A stretch of 62,474 bases of DNA, filler included, from Kipferlia bialata (taxonomy: Eukaryota), in the NCBI GenBank assembly GCA_003568945.1. It is 4 parts of 4 records of this genome, joined end to end, with 100 filler letters (N's around TTAATTAATTAA, not from the genome) between each part and the next. Parts side by side here need not be neighbours in the genome. Positions count along the whole stretch, not along the records: positions 15,666 to 31,216 come from BDIP01000689.1; positions 31,317 to 46,849 come from BDIP01000690.1; 2 more parts are not named here. One strand, 5' to 3'. The notes beneath the pieces are model-generated. The model ran no database searches and had not been told where the DNA came from. It saw nothing but the letters and a program-made list of their open reading frames with translations. Position 1 is the first letter of the stretch; every line of letters starts with the position of its first letter. Position numbers and translations under genes: made by a program. Shown here piece after piece: positions 26,521 through 38,567 of this stretch.

Positions 26521-26705
26521 TCAGAATGTCCAGGTGCCCGTTGGCAGCACTATTAGCACTACAGAGCCGAGGGTGTTGCCAGGTAATGCTGAGGCTGCAA
26601 ACTTAGTGCAGGCACTGACGATGAGGGAGCAGGCCTTGTCGACGGGGAATCCGAATATACCGGTGGATATGCAGGGTATGGCGATGGAGGCTATGCACCA
26701 CAAAC
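26521..26705 (-). CDS. Terminal exon of a Macro-domain (ADP-ribose binding/hydrolase) protein; remainder lies in the gap
   Basis: After a CCCCAG acceptor the frame reads ..SIAIPCISTGIFGFPVDKACSLIVSACTKF..LGSVVLIVL..stop, matching the Macro C-terminal signature SIAFPxISTG(I/V)(Y/F)G(Y/F)P, helix, last strand. Confidence 0.82.
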
Positions 26706-26719
26706 CTGGGGTCAGTGCA

Positions 26720-26757
<38 letters not shown>

Positions 26758-26908
26758 AAAAAATTTATTTTNNNNNNNNNNNNNNNNNNNNNNNNNNNNN
26801 NNNNNNNNNNNNNNNNNNNNNNNNNNNNNNNNNNNNNNNNNNNNNNNNNNNNNNNNNNTTTCTTTCTCTCTTTCTCTCTCCCTCCCCCCCCCCCCCCCCG
26901 ACCCCCAG

Positions 26909-29900
26909 GCTGAGGGCACAGTCCTAAGGGTCACCACACATAGAGCTGGGGCACTGCTGAAGCTGTTTGAGGGACAGGTCCCAGGTGGCCATGGGGTCCT
27001 TGCACCTGTGCTCCCTCTCCTGCGGTCAGCCTTTGCCCTTGCCACCCCATCTCAGCTGAGGTAGGCCTCATAGGGTGTATATATACATGTCCATATATTT
27101 ATGGGTGTGGGTAGTGTTGGTATATATATGTCCCCACAGCCTGTGATGTACTCTGCCCCACCCTCAGACGAGTGCTGGAGTCCCTCTCCACCACAGAGGG
27201 TATAGAGGGTGTGGCCAGTGGGGCAGGGTCCGTGTCAGGGCAGGGCATGGCAGCAGCTGTCGATGCCGCAGTGGTGTCTGTTGTGCAGCACAGCGTGTCC
27301 GCCATGGCTGCCGTCCTACCCGGCATTGGCGTCTGTCTGGGCCAGGGGGTGCCCCTCCCTCGGAGTGTGTGTCTGGTGAGGGACATGGTCACGTCAGCAG
27401 GGGAGAGGGGGTCCCCGGCCTCTGACCCACTTGCTGTGCACTACTTCCCAGGAGTAGTGCCACAGAAGCACATACACACCCAGGCCAAGGGGGCTGGGGT
27501 AGAGGCAGAGGCAGAGGCAGAGGCAGAGAGGGGGGAGGCAAATGATGTGAAGCCCACGCCTAGTGGGTCTGAGGGGCTAGACTGGCCTGACAACTCCGAT
27601 GCTTCTCTCCTTCCTCTCCTCTCTGCCATCCTGGCACTCCCTGTCCCTCCCGCACCCACCGTGTGCGCCAGACTCTTTGTCACAGTGACTAGGTACCATG
27701 CTCTCTGAGAATGTGTCGACTACTTACATACACTGACCTCTTACTCCCAGGTGTGCGGTCCATACCCAAGGCCCCCTCGATACCAGGGCTACACTCATAG
27801 CCACTGCTGCGGAGACCCTCGTGCACCCCTTGGGGGGTATCCCCATTGCCGTGTCTGCATCTGTTCGGCCTGTCCTGGTGGCAGAGACCCTCTCTCTGCT
27901 GGCCATGTGCCACACACACATGGAGACAGCGGGGGATGTCGCCGGAGGGGTGAGGGCGGTGTGCGTTCTGAACGCTCTCCTCCCCCCTCAGGACTCTCTG
28001 TCCCTTGTCTTCACGCCCCTCCTCTCATTCATCGGGACCCTTGCTAAGACTGCTGCCGCTCCAGCTCTTGAGCCCATAGTAGCCTCTGCCCTTGGCTCCT
28101 TCTGTCATGCCCTGGGTCCCACTGTGCTGCCCTCTCTGCTGGGGCTGATGGCTGCCCACCCTGCCATCCCTGCCCTCTCTGCTATCCTTCCCCTCCCGAT
28201 GCCCCTCATCAGAGGCCTCGAAGGGGGGGAGGGGGACAGGGAGATGGGCGTTACCACAGGCCTGGCCCTGCTGGGGGCCGTGGCACAGTGTGTGGAGGAC
28301 ATGGTGGATACCACCCCCTGCCCATGGGCCCTGGCTCTCTCTCTCTCTGCCGCCTTGCATGTGTCTGTCCCCCTTCCCCCTCCCGGTGCTGACAGGTAAC
28401 AGGCTGGTGTCAATAGTGTTAAGCCCCAGTGGATTTAGACAACCCATTGGCAATCTATGCAATCTCACCATGGATACCCTATGCACTCACCCTCAGGCTG
28501 GCCGACGGGGCTGCCCGAGCCGAGTCCCTCTCGAGACACTGCGCCTGTCTGTGCAGACTGGTGTCCGGGGTGGCCCGTGTCCTGCAGGCTAATAGAGACA
28601 CCCTCGCCCCCTCTGTGTTGCAGCACTCCCTCTCCTGTGCCCAGGGCATGGTCAGGCACGGCACAGTCTCAGGCTCTATTCATCTCTGCATCAGCCCCTC
28701 CCTCTAACCCCCCCCCCTCTTACCCTAGGTGCGTGCAGCTGGTGGGCGCAGGGGGAGAGGCCGAGGCCAAGGAACTCCTGGCACTTGAGGCCTCTGCCGC
28801 CTGTCCTTCTTCCCCCTCCCCTTCTGCTCCCCTCCCCGCCCCCGTCAACTGGGCCCATGCCGCCTCTGGTCTCTTCAGCCCTATCAGGGAGGCCCTCTCC
28901 GCACAGCCTGCCCAGCCCCTGCCTGAGTGTGTATCTAGGTTCGGGGCCGACGTGGCCCTATTCGCCGTGTGCCGCACTGTCCTGACCCAGCCCTCCTCCC
29001 GGTCTCCCTGTGTCAGGAACGCTGGCCCCACCATTCTCTCCATGGCCGTCGAGGGTGAGGCTCTGCCTGCCCTGCCCGCCTCTGCCCCTGCGGTGCTAGC
29101 CCTCTCTCTCTCCCCCCACTGCTGCCTGGCCCTACTCTCCCTCTGCGCCCTCGACAGGGCCCGGTCCCCCCTCCCCCCCTCCCTCCTGGCATACTGCCAC
29201 GCTCATGCAGTGCCGGTGCCACTGGGTGCCCCTGGGTCTCTGTACTCAACGTACAAGAGCGCCCTCGCCTCCTCAGACCTTGGTCCCTCCGGCAAGGAGG
29301 GTCCTCTCTCTCTGTGTGTCGACCTCCGGCAGGTATTTACATTACTTAGAGCCCTTGGCGTTGCGTTGATAATACGCTTTGCCACCACCTTTCTGCATGT
29401 CCATCTTTCTCCCCTTCCTTCCCCTTCGTCTGACCCCCAGGCCCTGTACCGTCAGGCCAAGGCGGACACTGCCGCTGCCGTACTGACTGCGGCCTCAGGG
29501 CTTGTCTCGATGGTGCAGGCTGGGGTGGGAGGGGAGGCGCTGGATGAGAGCCTCATGGCATTCACCATATCCCTCAGACAATGCCCCAGACGCCACCTCA
29601 AGAGCGTGTTCCACCCCCCCTCCGCCGTGACCGGTGAGGGTGAGGGTGACGTTGCCATGACACCTGGTCAGGAGGGGACACCTGCCCAGGGTCTGCTGGA
29701 GGTTGTTGCCCACATCCTGGCCCTGCCCCCCTGCAGTCCCGTGCGTCTGTCGGTGCTGCTCTCCGTGACTGTGGCGCTGTGTGACGGGTGTCTGGACAGA
29801 CATGCCCACGGGGCAGGGGCCCTACCCACGGCACTCAGGTGGGGCATACTATCCAATAGCATTGGCAATGCATACAATGTCAGTGTGGGTGTATTGTCCA

Positions 29901-30396
29901 TACTACATCCTGCCCTCACCCCAGACACGTAGCCCTGCTTCTGGCCGGGGCAGACAAGAGGGGGGCGGCGGGGTGCACACTCAGACACACCTGTCTGGAG
30001 GCACTGCTCCCCGTGCTCTCCGGCGTCGACACCCACAACGACTCGGGCCTTGTGGTGGCTGTGCTGTGTGCTGGTGTGTCGTCCGGCACCAGGGTCGGGT
30101 GCAGACAGTGCCTGGCCGCCACCCAGCGGTGCGTGTCAGCCGTGTGCAGGGCCACTGGCCCCCACCAGCACTACGCGTCTCTGACCTGGGTGGCCGTGGC
30201 CTGCGTCAATGCGGTGTGCATGAACAGTGGCATGGACGCGTCTGCCAAGGCGTGTCTGGACGGGTGTGTGTATGCCGTGCTGGAGAGGGTGGACGCCCTG
30301 CACACCAGGATATCGGACTGTCTGTCCAGAGACGGCAAGGCTGTGTTTGGCCACATGAGGAGCGCGTTCTTTAAGAGGCACAGGTACAACGGCTAG
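26909..30396 (+). CDS. Large Ala/Leu/Pro-rich, probably alpha-solenoid hypothetical protein (5' end in gap)
   Basis: Series of GC-rich exons starting at 26909, 27140, 27751, about 28496, 28729, 29441 and about 29925, separated by short GT-AG introns. Stop at 30394-30396. No diagnostic motif. Confidence 0.65.
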
Positions 30397-30861
30397 GCAG
30401 TTACATTCAGGTGGAAGTGCCTGTGGCGTGAAGGTGTAGACAGGCACTCATTATTCAATAGACTAGTTCGTTAGTGAACATGTCCAGTCCTAGTCATGCA
30501 CCTCCCCATACACAATCACATTCAACACTGTATCAATACATACTCATGTTCCCATATACTCGAAATGCAGTCTATGGTCACTATCAACACAAAACACACA
30601 AACGATACACAAAACAGATGGAGTCAACCATCGCAGGATAGGTGCACTGATACAACATCTGCCGGAAGCAGAGGACTCACAAGGCCACGGTATCAAGACA
30701 ACGGAACTGGGATGGTGGCTCAGACACGTATCGGTACCACACCAATGGACTCCGATAGACTTCGGTCTGACAGAGCACAGCCAATCACAAGTGCGAGAGA
30801 CAATAGCTCTCCCTCTCCTACCACCATCTTGCGGCCCCTGTGCCACTAAGCCCACCCCTGT

Positions 30862-31155
30862 CTACAGGCCGATGAATCGGAGGGCGTTGGCCCCAGTGAG
30901 CAGCACCAGCACACACGGAATGGCATACTCGGCCATAATGCCTGACTTGCTGCCCTTACCCCCCTGCAGAGACTTGGCAAGGCTGGTGCGGGTGTGCAGC
31001 AGAAGCACCCACACCACTACGCTGGTCATCACACTGCCGAGCACAGCCTCCACAGCCCTTCTGGACACGGCAAACACAACCACGTTGACAGCCACCAGGA
31101 ATAGCAGGGCAATGCCCAGGACATCCAGTAACAGACAGGCACGGGGGGATGATGC
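30862..31155 (-). CDS. Last exon of a multi-pass membrane protein (partial)
   Basis: CAG acceptor near 31156, then three hydrophobic segments (LLLDVLGIALLFLVAVNVVVFAV, VLGSVMTSVVVWVLLL, YAIPCVLVLLTGA) and a stop. Confidence 0.55.
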   Translation of the reverse strand, partial: ASSPRACLLLDVLGIALLFLVAVNVVVFAVSRRAVEAVLGSVMTSVVVWVLLLHTRTSLAKSLQGGKGSKSGIMAEYAIPCVLVLLTGANALRFIGL

Positions 31156-31216
31156 CTGAGTGGTGAGCATATATACAGGTTGGGGGGGGGGGGGGGGGGA
31201 CCCCGGGGGGGGTTCA

Positions 31217-31316
31217 NNNNNNNNNNNNNNNNNNNNNNNNNNNNNNNNNNNNNNNNNNNNTTAATTAATTAANNNNNNNNNNNNNNNNNNNNNNNNNNNN
31301 NNNNNNNNNNNNNNNN
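31217..31316. other. Artificial scaffold linker
   Basis: N44-TTAATTAATTAA-N44. Confidence 0.97.
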
Positions 31317-31343
31317 CCCCCCCCAAAGGGGGGGGGTTCCCCC

Positions 31344-31374
<31 letters not shown>

Positions 31375-31394
31375 CCTTCACCATATATATAGAG

Positions 31395-31493
31395 ATGGAT
31401 ATTAATACAGCAAACATAGATGGCAAGGTATGTCTAAGTGTGTGTATCTATTACCCCTATCAGCCGCCATAGTATACCCATGTGAGTCTAGTA

Positions 31494-31527
<34 letters not shown>

Positions 31528-33348
31528 CCTTAGGTCATGATTGCCTTCACCCTCACTCTCTCTCTCTCTCTCTCTCGAGTCTTCTTTCCCCTAGGTCATG
31601 ATTACCTACACCCTCACCACGGGTGGAAGCTTCGAGCCCAGTCTGGTCAGCGATGACAGGTGGGTATACATGCATGGTAATGTTTATACATTAATATATG
31701 TACCACATTTCTATATTTACATGTATATTCAACAAACCTTCGAGCCCGACCTGGTCAGTGAGATAGGCACATTACATATGTGTGTGTATATATGTAAATA
31801 TATATATGTATATATGATGATGTTTATACAATCATATACATTTCTCTGTACCTCTATATCCACATTTACAAGTATATTCAACATAACTCAGAGCCAAACC
31901 TGGTGAGTGAAGACAAGTAACGTATAGACGTTTTTGATTTGTGTTCTCACATATATATATATGGCCTGATGAGAGGTATAGAAGAGACACTTCTTTCATT
32001 GTCATTGTTATGTTGTCCTTATGCCAGGTCCACCCTGTTCGACAGCCTCCAGGACGAGTATTACACGCCAGGTATGTCTGGAATATACTCCTATTTCATT
32101 CTCTCTGCTTTTGAGTGATGGTCATTAATTATACTTGTTCATTCTCTACATATGGGATCTGATCATATATCGAGTTTCAAATCTCATGTCTTTCGATAGC
32201 CTTACTCTTAAGTCGTGTTCCCAGAGATTAATACATATCCCGCTTGGACATTCACATTAAGTCACAATACAACTTTTTACCTTTGTTTGAGTGCAATAGT
32301 AGACTTGTCAGTTTGTGTTTGTCTTTCCCTCAAGTAGTGTTCCCAGAGATTGGTGCTACTGCATATCCCACATGGACATATACATTAATGTTTANNNNNN
32401 NNNNNNNNNNNNNNNNNNNNNNNCACATGGACATATACATTAATGTTTACATCAATTATTTGTATATTGCTGAAGCATATCATCTTACCCTCTAGTTGTC
32501 TTCCCAGAGATTGGTGCCACTGCCTATCCTACATGGACAGTACCCAACAGACTGTACCTGGGGTGTGCACCTGTCAATGCCACAGCTAGGTATACTCTAT
32601 TGAGATATATATTGACTAAATTCCTCTTTGGGTATTAGTACTATTATGTACATGTGTATTTGAATATACTCACTCCAGGGTCTTTGCCGTCTCCAGTGCC
32701 TGGGAGGAGGTCGAGGAACACGCAGAAGGTATGTCTATAGACCATATGTCTCTCTCTCTCTCCCTCTACCTCTATTAAGATCCGCTATATCGACATGTAG
32801 AGTGTCTGTACACCCCTATTGTCCAGTTCTAAGTTTCTCTCTCTCTCTACACTCTTAATGTCCAGTTGAAGTCTACAGCGGCACTGGAAGCATCGCTGAG
32901 CTGCTGAGTCTAGAGGTATGTGCATTGTACATATGTTTGTAATACATGCTCAATGGCATTAGAATAGAGTTTCCAGATGCAACTCATATATGTGTCTCAC
33001 CCCAGGTCCCATTCCTGTCAGCCATCCCCAGCAGCATACACATATGCACAGGTACTCGCTCTATCTCGCTCTCTCGCTCTCTCTCTCTATATATACCCCC
33101 TAATTCAAGGCATCACACTGATACTCATCAGAAGTTCTTTTGAAACTCTTACTCTCAGGCACTGACACTGACGCTTCCAATGACAGTGGCATGTACCTCT
33201 ACGATGGAACATCTGCAAATGGTATGAATGCATTTATGTATATATTGACATATAGTGTGTACTCAGTGTATATGTGTGTACAACCTTGATCTACCTCTCT
33301 CTCTCTCTGTACACCCTTATTCCCAGGCGCCCTTGTCTTCTCAGACTA

Positions 33349-33382
<34 letters not shown>

Positions 33383-35685
33383 CCCTTATCTCAGGCGCCC
33401 TTGTCTTCTCAGACTATGACTCTGCGTCTACTGTCAGTGGCACAGACTATGCCCTGTTCAACAACGGGGGTAAGTGCTAAAAATACACTTTTATGACTAA
33501 ATTACCTTGGATATTATCGTTTTTAGGATATATAAAGGTGTATCTACTGTCTGTTGCACAGAATATGCCCTGTTCAACAACGGAGGTAAGTGCTAAAATT
33601 ACACTTGTATATGACTAAAGAACTTAGGTATTATCGTTTTTAGGATATATGTGGGTGTACATACTGTCAGTGGCACAGACTATGCCCAGTTCAACAACGG
33701 AGGTAAATACATGCTATGAATTCACATGTATAACATAGCGCTAGTCAGCAGTCTCTCTCTCTCTATGTCCCTTTCTCCGTGTGTTTTACCCCAGCGTATT
33801 TCTCCACCACCTCCAGCACCAGCCTTGACCTCGACCACCCCAACTGGTCAGTATCGGTCAACAGGCACACAGAGGGTATGAGTAAATGGTATATTTAGTA
33901 TATAGTATATAGATTATGCGTGATATATAGTATAGTATATGATATATAGTAAATGAGAATGGTATATAGAATACCCCAACTGGTCAGTAGCAGTCAACAG
34001 ACACACAGAGGGTATGGGTATATTTTATACTCTAGTAAATATGTGTATAGTATACTGAGACACTAATATGTATACCAACTGGTCAGTATCAGTCAACAGG
34101 CACACAGAGGGTATGTGAGTATAATGGTATACCTTGACACCCTCTCTCTCTCCCCTTACACCCTTAATACCAGCCACTCTGTCCTCCATTGCCGCCTCTG
34201 GTTATAGTGCCGCATATTGGGTCACACCCTCTGAGGCCACAGTCATCGAGGAGGAGTTCTTCAGCTACCAGGTACTTCTCTCTCTCTCTCTGTCTCCTGA
34301 CCCTTCTTTAAGTGAGAGGGCCATTCTTTAGCTACCAGGTATAGATAGTATGTATAAATGGTATATATATAGTATATATAGTATATATTAGTGTATATCC
34401 CTCTGAGGCCACAGTCATCGAGGAGGAGTTCTTTAGCTACCAGGTATATATACACACATATATATATAGATATAGATAGACGGATAGATATACTGATATA
34501 TAGATATATATATATATATCCCTCTGAGGCCACGGTCATCGAGGAGGAGTTCTTTAGCTACCAGGTAAGTATATATATCTCTCTCTCCCTCTACGCCTTT
34601 TTTCAATGGTGGTTCTCTCTCTACCCCCTTAATCCCTAGGTTGCCATGCTAGGAGGTGCTGCCTCTACCACTCTCTCTCTCTCTCTCNNNNNNNNNNNNN
34701 NNNNNNNNNNNNNNNNNNNNNNNNNNNNNNNNNNNNNNNNNNNNNNNNNNNNNNNNNNNNNNNNNNNNNNNNNNNNNNNNNNNNNNNNNNNNNNNNNNNN
34801 NNNNNNNNNNNNNNNNNNNNNNNNNNNNNNNNNNNNNNNNNNNNNNNNNNNNNNNNNNNNNNNNNNNNNNNNNNNNNNNNNNNNNNNNNNNNNNNNNNNN
34901 NNNNNNNNNNNNNNNNNNNNNNNNNNNNNNNNNNNNNNNNNNNNNNNNNNNNNNNNNNNNNNNNNNNNNNNNNNNNNNNNNNNNNNNNNNNNNNNNNNNN
35001 NNNNNNNNNNNNNNNNNNNNNNNNNNNNNNNNNNNNNNNNNNNNNNNNNNNNNNNNNNNNNNNNNNNNNNNNNNNNNNNNNNNNNNNNNNNNNNNNNNNN
35101 NNNNNNNNNNNNNNNNNNNNNNNNNNNNNNNNNNNNNNNNNNNNNNNNNNNNNNNNNNNNNNNNNNNNNNNNNNNNNNNNNNNNNNNNNNNNNNNNNNNN
35201 NNNNNNNNNNNNNNNNNNNNNNNNNNNNNNNNNNNNNNNNNNNNNNNNNNNNNNNNNNNNNNNNNNNNNNNNNNNNNNNNNNNNNNNNNNNNNNNNNNNN
35301 NNNNNNNNNNNNNNNNNNNNNNNNNNNNNNNNNNNNNNNNNNNNNNNNNNNNNNNNNNNNNNNNNNNNNNNNNNNNNNNNNNNNNNNNNNNNNNNNNNNN
35401 NNNNNNNNNNNNNNNNNNNNNNNNNNNNNNNNNNNNNNNNNNNNNNNNNNNNNNNNNNNNNNNNNNNNNNNNNNNNNNNNNNNNNNNNNNNNNNNNNNNN
35501 NNNNNNNNNNNNNNNNNNNNNNNNNNNNNNNNNNNNNNNNNNNNNNNNNNNNNNNNNNNNNNNNNNNNNNNNNNNNNNNNNNNNNNNNNNNNNNNNNNNN
35601 NNNNNNNNNNNNNNNNNNNNNNNNNNNNNTCTCTCTCTCTCTCTCTCTTATCCCCAGACTCCTCTCAGACCTACATGCGTCTCTC

Positions 35686-35718
<33 letters not shown>

Positions 35719-35996
35719 TATCTCCAGACTCCTCTCAGACCTACATGCGTGTGGTTGACACCAAGCCATACAACATGGATGGGTGCTATGATCTGACACC
35801 CACCTCATACACTGTAGGGACAGGTAAGTGGATACTTGTGTAAACTTATACATCTATTAATATATATATATATATGTATTATGTATCTATTTATATATAT
35901 TGCATCATTAGTATATATATATAATATGGATGGGTGCTATGACCTCACTCCAACATCATACACAGTGGGGACAGGTCAGTAGATTAGACTAGTAGG

Positions 35997-36040
<44 letters not shown>

Positions 36041-36751
36041 TGTATTAATAGTATATATATACAACATGGATGGGTGCTATGACTTAACACCCACTTCCTA
36101 CACTGTTGGGACAGGAATGGACATACACATATTCAAGTATATATATGTGCAGTTCCCACACTATTTTCCGTCATGTGTTCAATATATATTATATATTATA
36201 TTATATATATTATTATTTATATATAATATTATTTATATATATTATTATTTATATATATTATATTATATATTATATTATATATTATATTCAATATAGTTGG
36301 TTCATACTCACCCCCCAGACTATGTCATCATCACTGGCTCTGTGGATAGAACACTGCTTTTGTATACAATTTTAGAGTGTTTAGTTGAAGGATCATCTCT
36401 TTCTTAATTTTTGTATAATCTTACCCCAGACTCTGTCATCATCACTGGCTCTGTCGATGGAGACGCCCTGGACCTACGTGAGTGCATCAATCTCTCTCTC
36501 TCTCTCTCTGTCGCTTATGGTCATCATATTCCTTTCTCATTTGTTTCCCTACTCTCTCTCTCTCTCTCCCTCTAAACCCTTATGTCAGCCACCTTCCTCT
36601 TGGCCCGTATCTGTTTGTTTGATGGAGACACCCTCAAGTACTGCAGGTATGCTCGACATCTTCAACCAGATATATTTTTCTCTCTCCCTCTAGCCCCTTA
36701 TTCCAGCTCCTCCATCGAGTATGACCCCAACACCTTCCCCCTGACCATCAT

Positions 36752-36783
<32 letters not shown>

Positions 36784-37709
36784 GCTACACCCTTATTCCA
36801 GCTCCTCCATTGAGTATGACCCCAACACCTTCCCCCTGACCATCATCCTGTTGGTCGCACTCATGGTTGTCACAACAGCAGTCTCAGTGATGGTTGGTAT
36901 CGCAGTCTATAGGTACATACAGTATATAGTAGAAACACATATCATAGGTATATATTCTCTGAATTTGTTATGATTCTATATTTGATGAATTGTGCTCTTT
37001 CTAGACTGACTCTAGATGCTGTGCCAGGCGTAAGCAGTCCAGACTCGTCATGATGAGTGCCCAGCAGCAACACTTAGGTAATGTATGTATATATATATAT
37101 ATGTATCCAATTACTATATATAGTATGTGTGGGTTAACATGGTATTTCTCTTTGGTAGAGTGGTCATGATGAGTGCCCAGCAGCAGCACCTAGGTATCAA
37201 GCCACATATAGTTCAACGGTGCATATAGTAAATAGTATTTATGTTTCTCTCTCTCTCTCTACACACTTATTACAGGCCCCCAGCCAGTACAGGGCTCTCT
37301 CACCCTCAACAGGCGGAATACAGCCAAGCTGGCACAAGGGGTGACAGCTAGAGATAGCGCAGCACTCCAGGTACTGTATATATGTGTGTGCATAAATTCA
37401 TGCAAGGGATAGTGTCCAACAACCAGAGACTCAGCGTCTATGGAATATACATTATTCTGGTATATGCCATGTAGCCTTGCAATTGTATATATGTACATAT
37501 TCTTACTAATGGCTCTGGATATCATAGGTAAATATAGGTATATATGTCCTTTGTCTTATGCCCCAGGCCATACAGAGTGACATGTCCATGCAGTATATAG
37601 TATATATATATAGTATATATATATATTTATTTATACTATATCATCCTTTATTATAACCCCTCTTTGTCCCTGTTCTTATGCCCCAGGCCATGCAGAGCGG
37701 CATGTCCAT

Positions 37710-37745
<36 letters not shown>

Positions 37746-38249
37746 CGTATGCACAGGATTACACATCATATTCTTATTACACTGTCCCTGTTCTTATGCC
37801 CCAGGCCATGCAGAGTGGCATGTCCATGCAGCAGCAGAGGGAACTGGCAAAGAGTCAGGTACTGTACTACTATTGTATATATGAGAATAATACTGTAGTT
37901 ATACATTGTTCCTATATGCTCACCCCAGGCCGGTAACCCCGCTGCCCCCACCCCCCCAGGGGGCACACCCACCATGCCCAGGCCCAGGTACTCTCTCTCT
38001 CTCTCTCTCTCTCTCTGTATATATACATAGGCCCAGGTACTCTCTCTCTCTCTCTCTCCGTAATACTATATATACTTAGTATAGACATTTTCAACATGTA
38101 CCACTTGTATCACATGTATTTGTTTACATGTATGCCCAGGTACTCTCTCTCTCGCTATCTCTCGCTCTCTTCTCATCCTAACTCTATTGTATGTATATAT
38201 ATATATATGTATATATTGTATCTCTCACACCCACCATGCCCAGGCCCAG

Positions 38250-38288
<39 letters not shown>

Positions 38289-38567
38289 ACATCAAGCTAA
38301 GTTGATCCTTGGAGTTGCTATATGGAAGTAATACTATGATGTCAATAGTATAAAGTAGTGATCTACTCTTATCCCCAGGCTGCTCCAGAGGCGTGGCACC
38401 CATTTTTTTGAATTAGATTTAAAATTAAAGAATATAGTAATGTATTCGTATATACCATATGTCTTATCCCCAGGCTTTTGCAGAGGCGTGGCACCTATGC
38501 AGGCACACCCACAGTACCAGTAGCTACACTCGCACCAACTACTTCTACTGCAGAGTCCCCAATTTAG
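31395..38567 (+). CDS. Type I membrane protein encoded by more than 20 micro-exons (partial at 5' end and across gaps)
   Basis: Exons of about 30-130 nt join in frame (for example 31595, 32496, 32679, 33395, 33795, 34173, 35728, 36430, 36801, 37016, 37277, 37805, 37929, 38474). They give an S/T/D-rich ectodomain, TM LTIILLVALMVVTTAVSVMVGIAVY, RCCARRK and a Q/P-rich tail ending at TAG 38565-38567. Confidence 0.7.
33430..33710 (+). repeat. Three tandem ~117-nt units spanning an exon 3' end, donor and intron start
   Basis: ACTGTCAGTGGCACAGACTATGCCCTGTTCAACAACGG(G/A)GGTAA recurs with donors at about 33470, 33586 and 33703, and the intronic part is also similar between units. Confidence 0.9.
35769..36114 (+). 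repeat. Exon 3' end plus two synonymously diverged intronic copies
   Basis: The 18-codon block YNMDGCYDLTPTSYTVGT occurs at 35769, 35920 and 36060, separated by (TA)n-rich DNA. Confidence 0.92.

Noticed and set aside
26339..27064. Plus-strand 241-aa ORF
   Set aside because: It spans a gap and poly-G, has no motif, and the opposite strand carries a clear Macro signature.
33430..34570. Regularly spaced 35-45 nt repeats as a CRISPR array
   Set aside because: The repeats are exon ends with splice sites in a eukaryotic gene, the spacers are microsatellite-rich intron DNA, and there are no cas genes.
35769..36114. Echoes as classical mutually exclusive exons
   Set aside because: The copies are partial, carry only one splice site and start or end in microsatellites, and one has lost its GT. 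Not excluded without RNA data, but unsupported.
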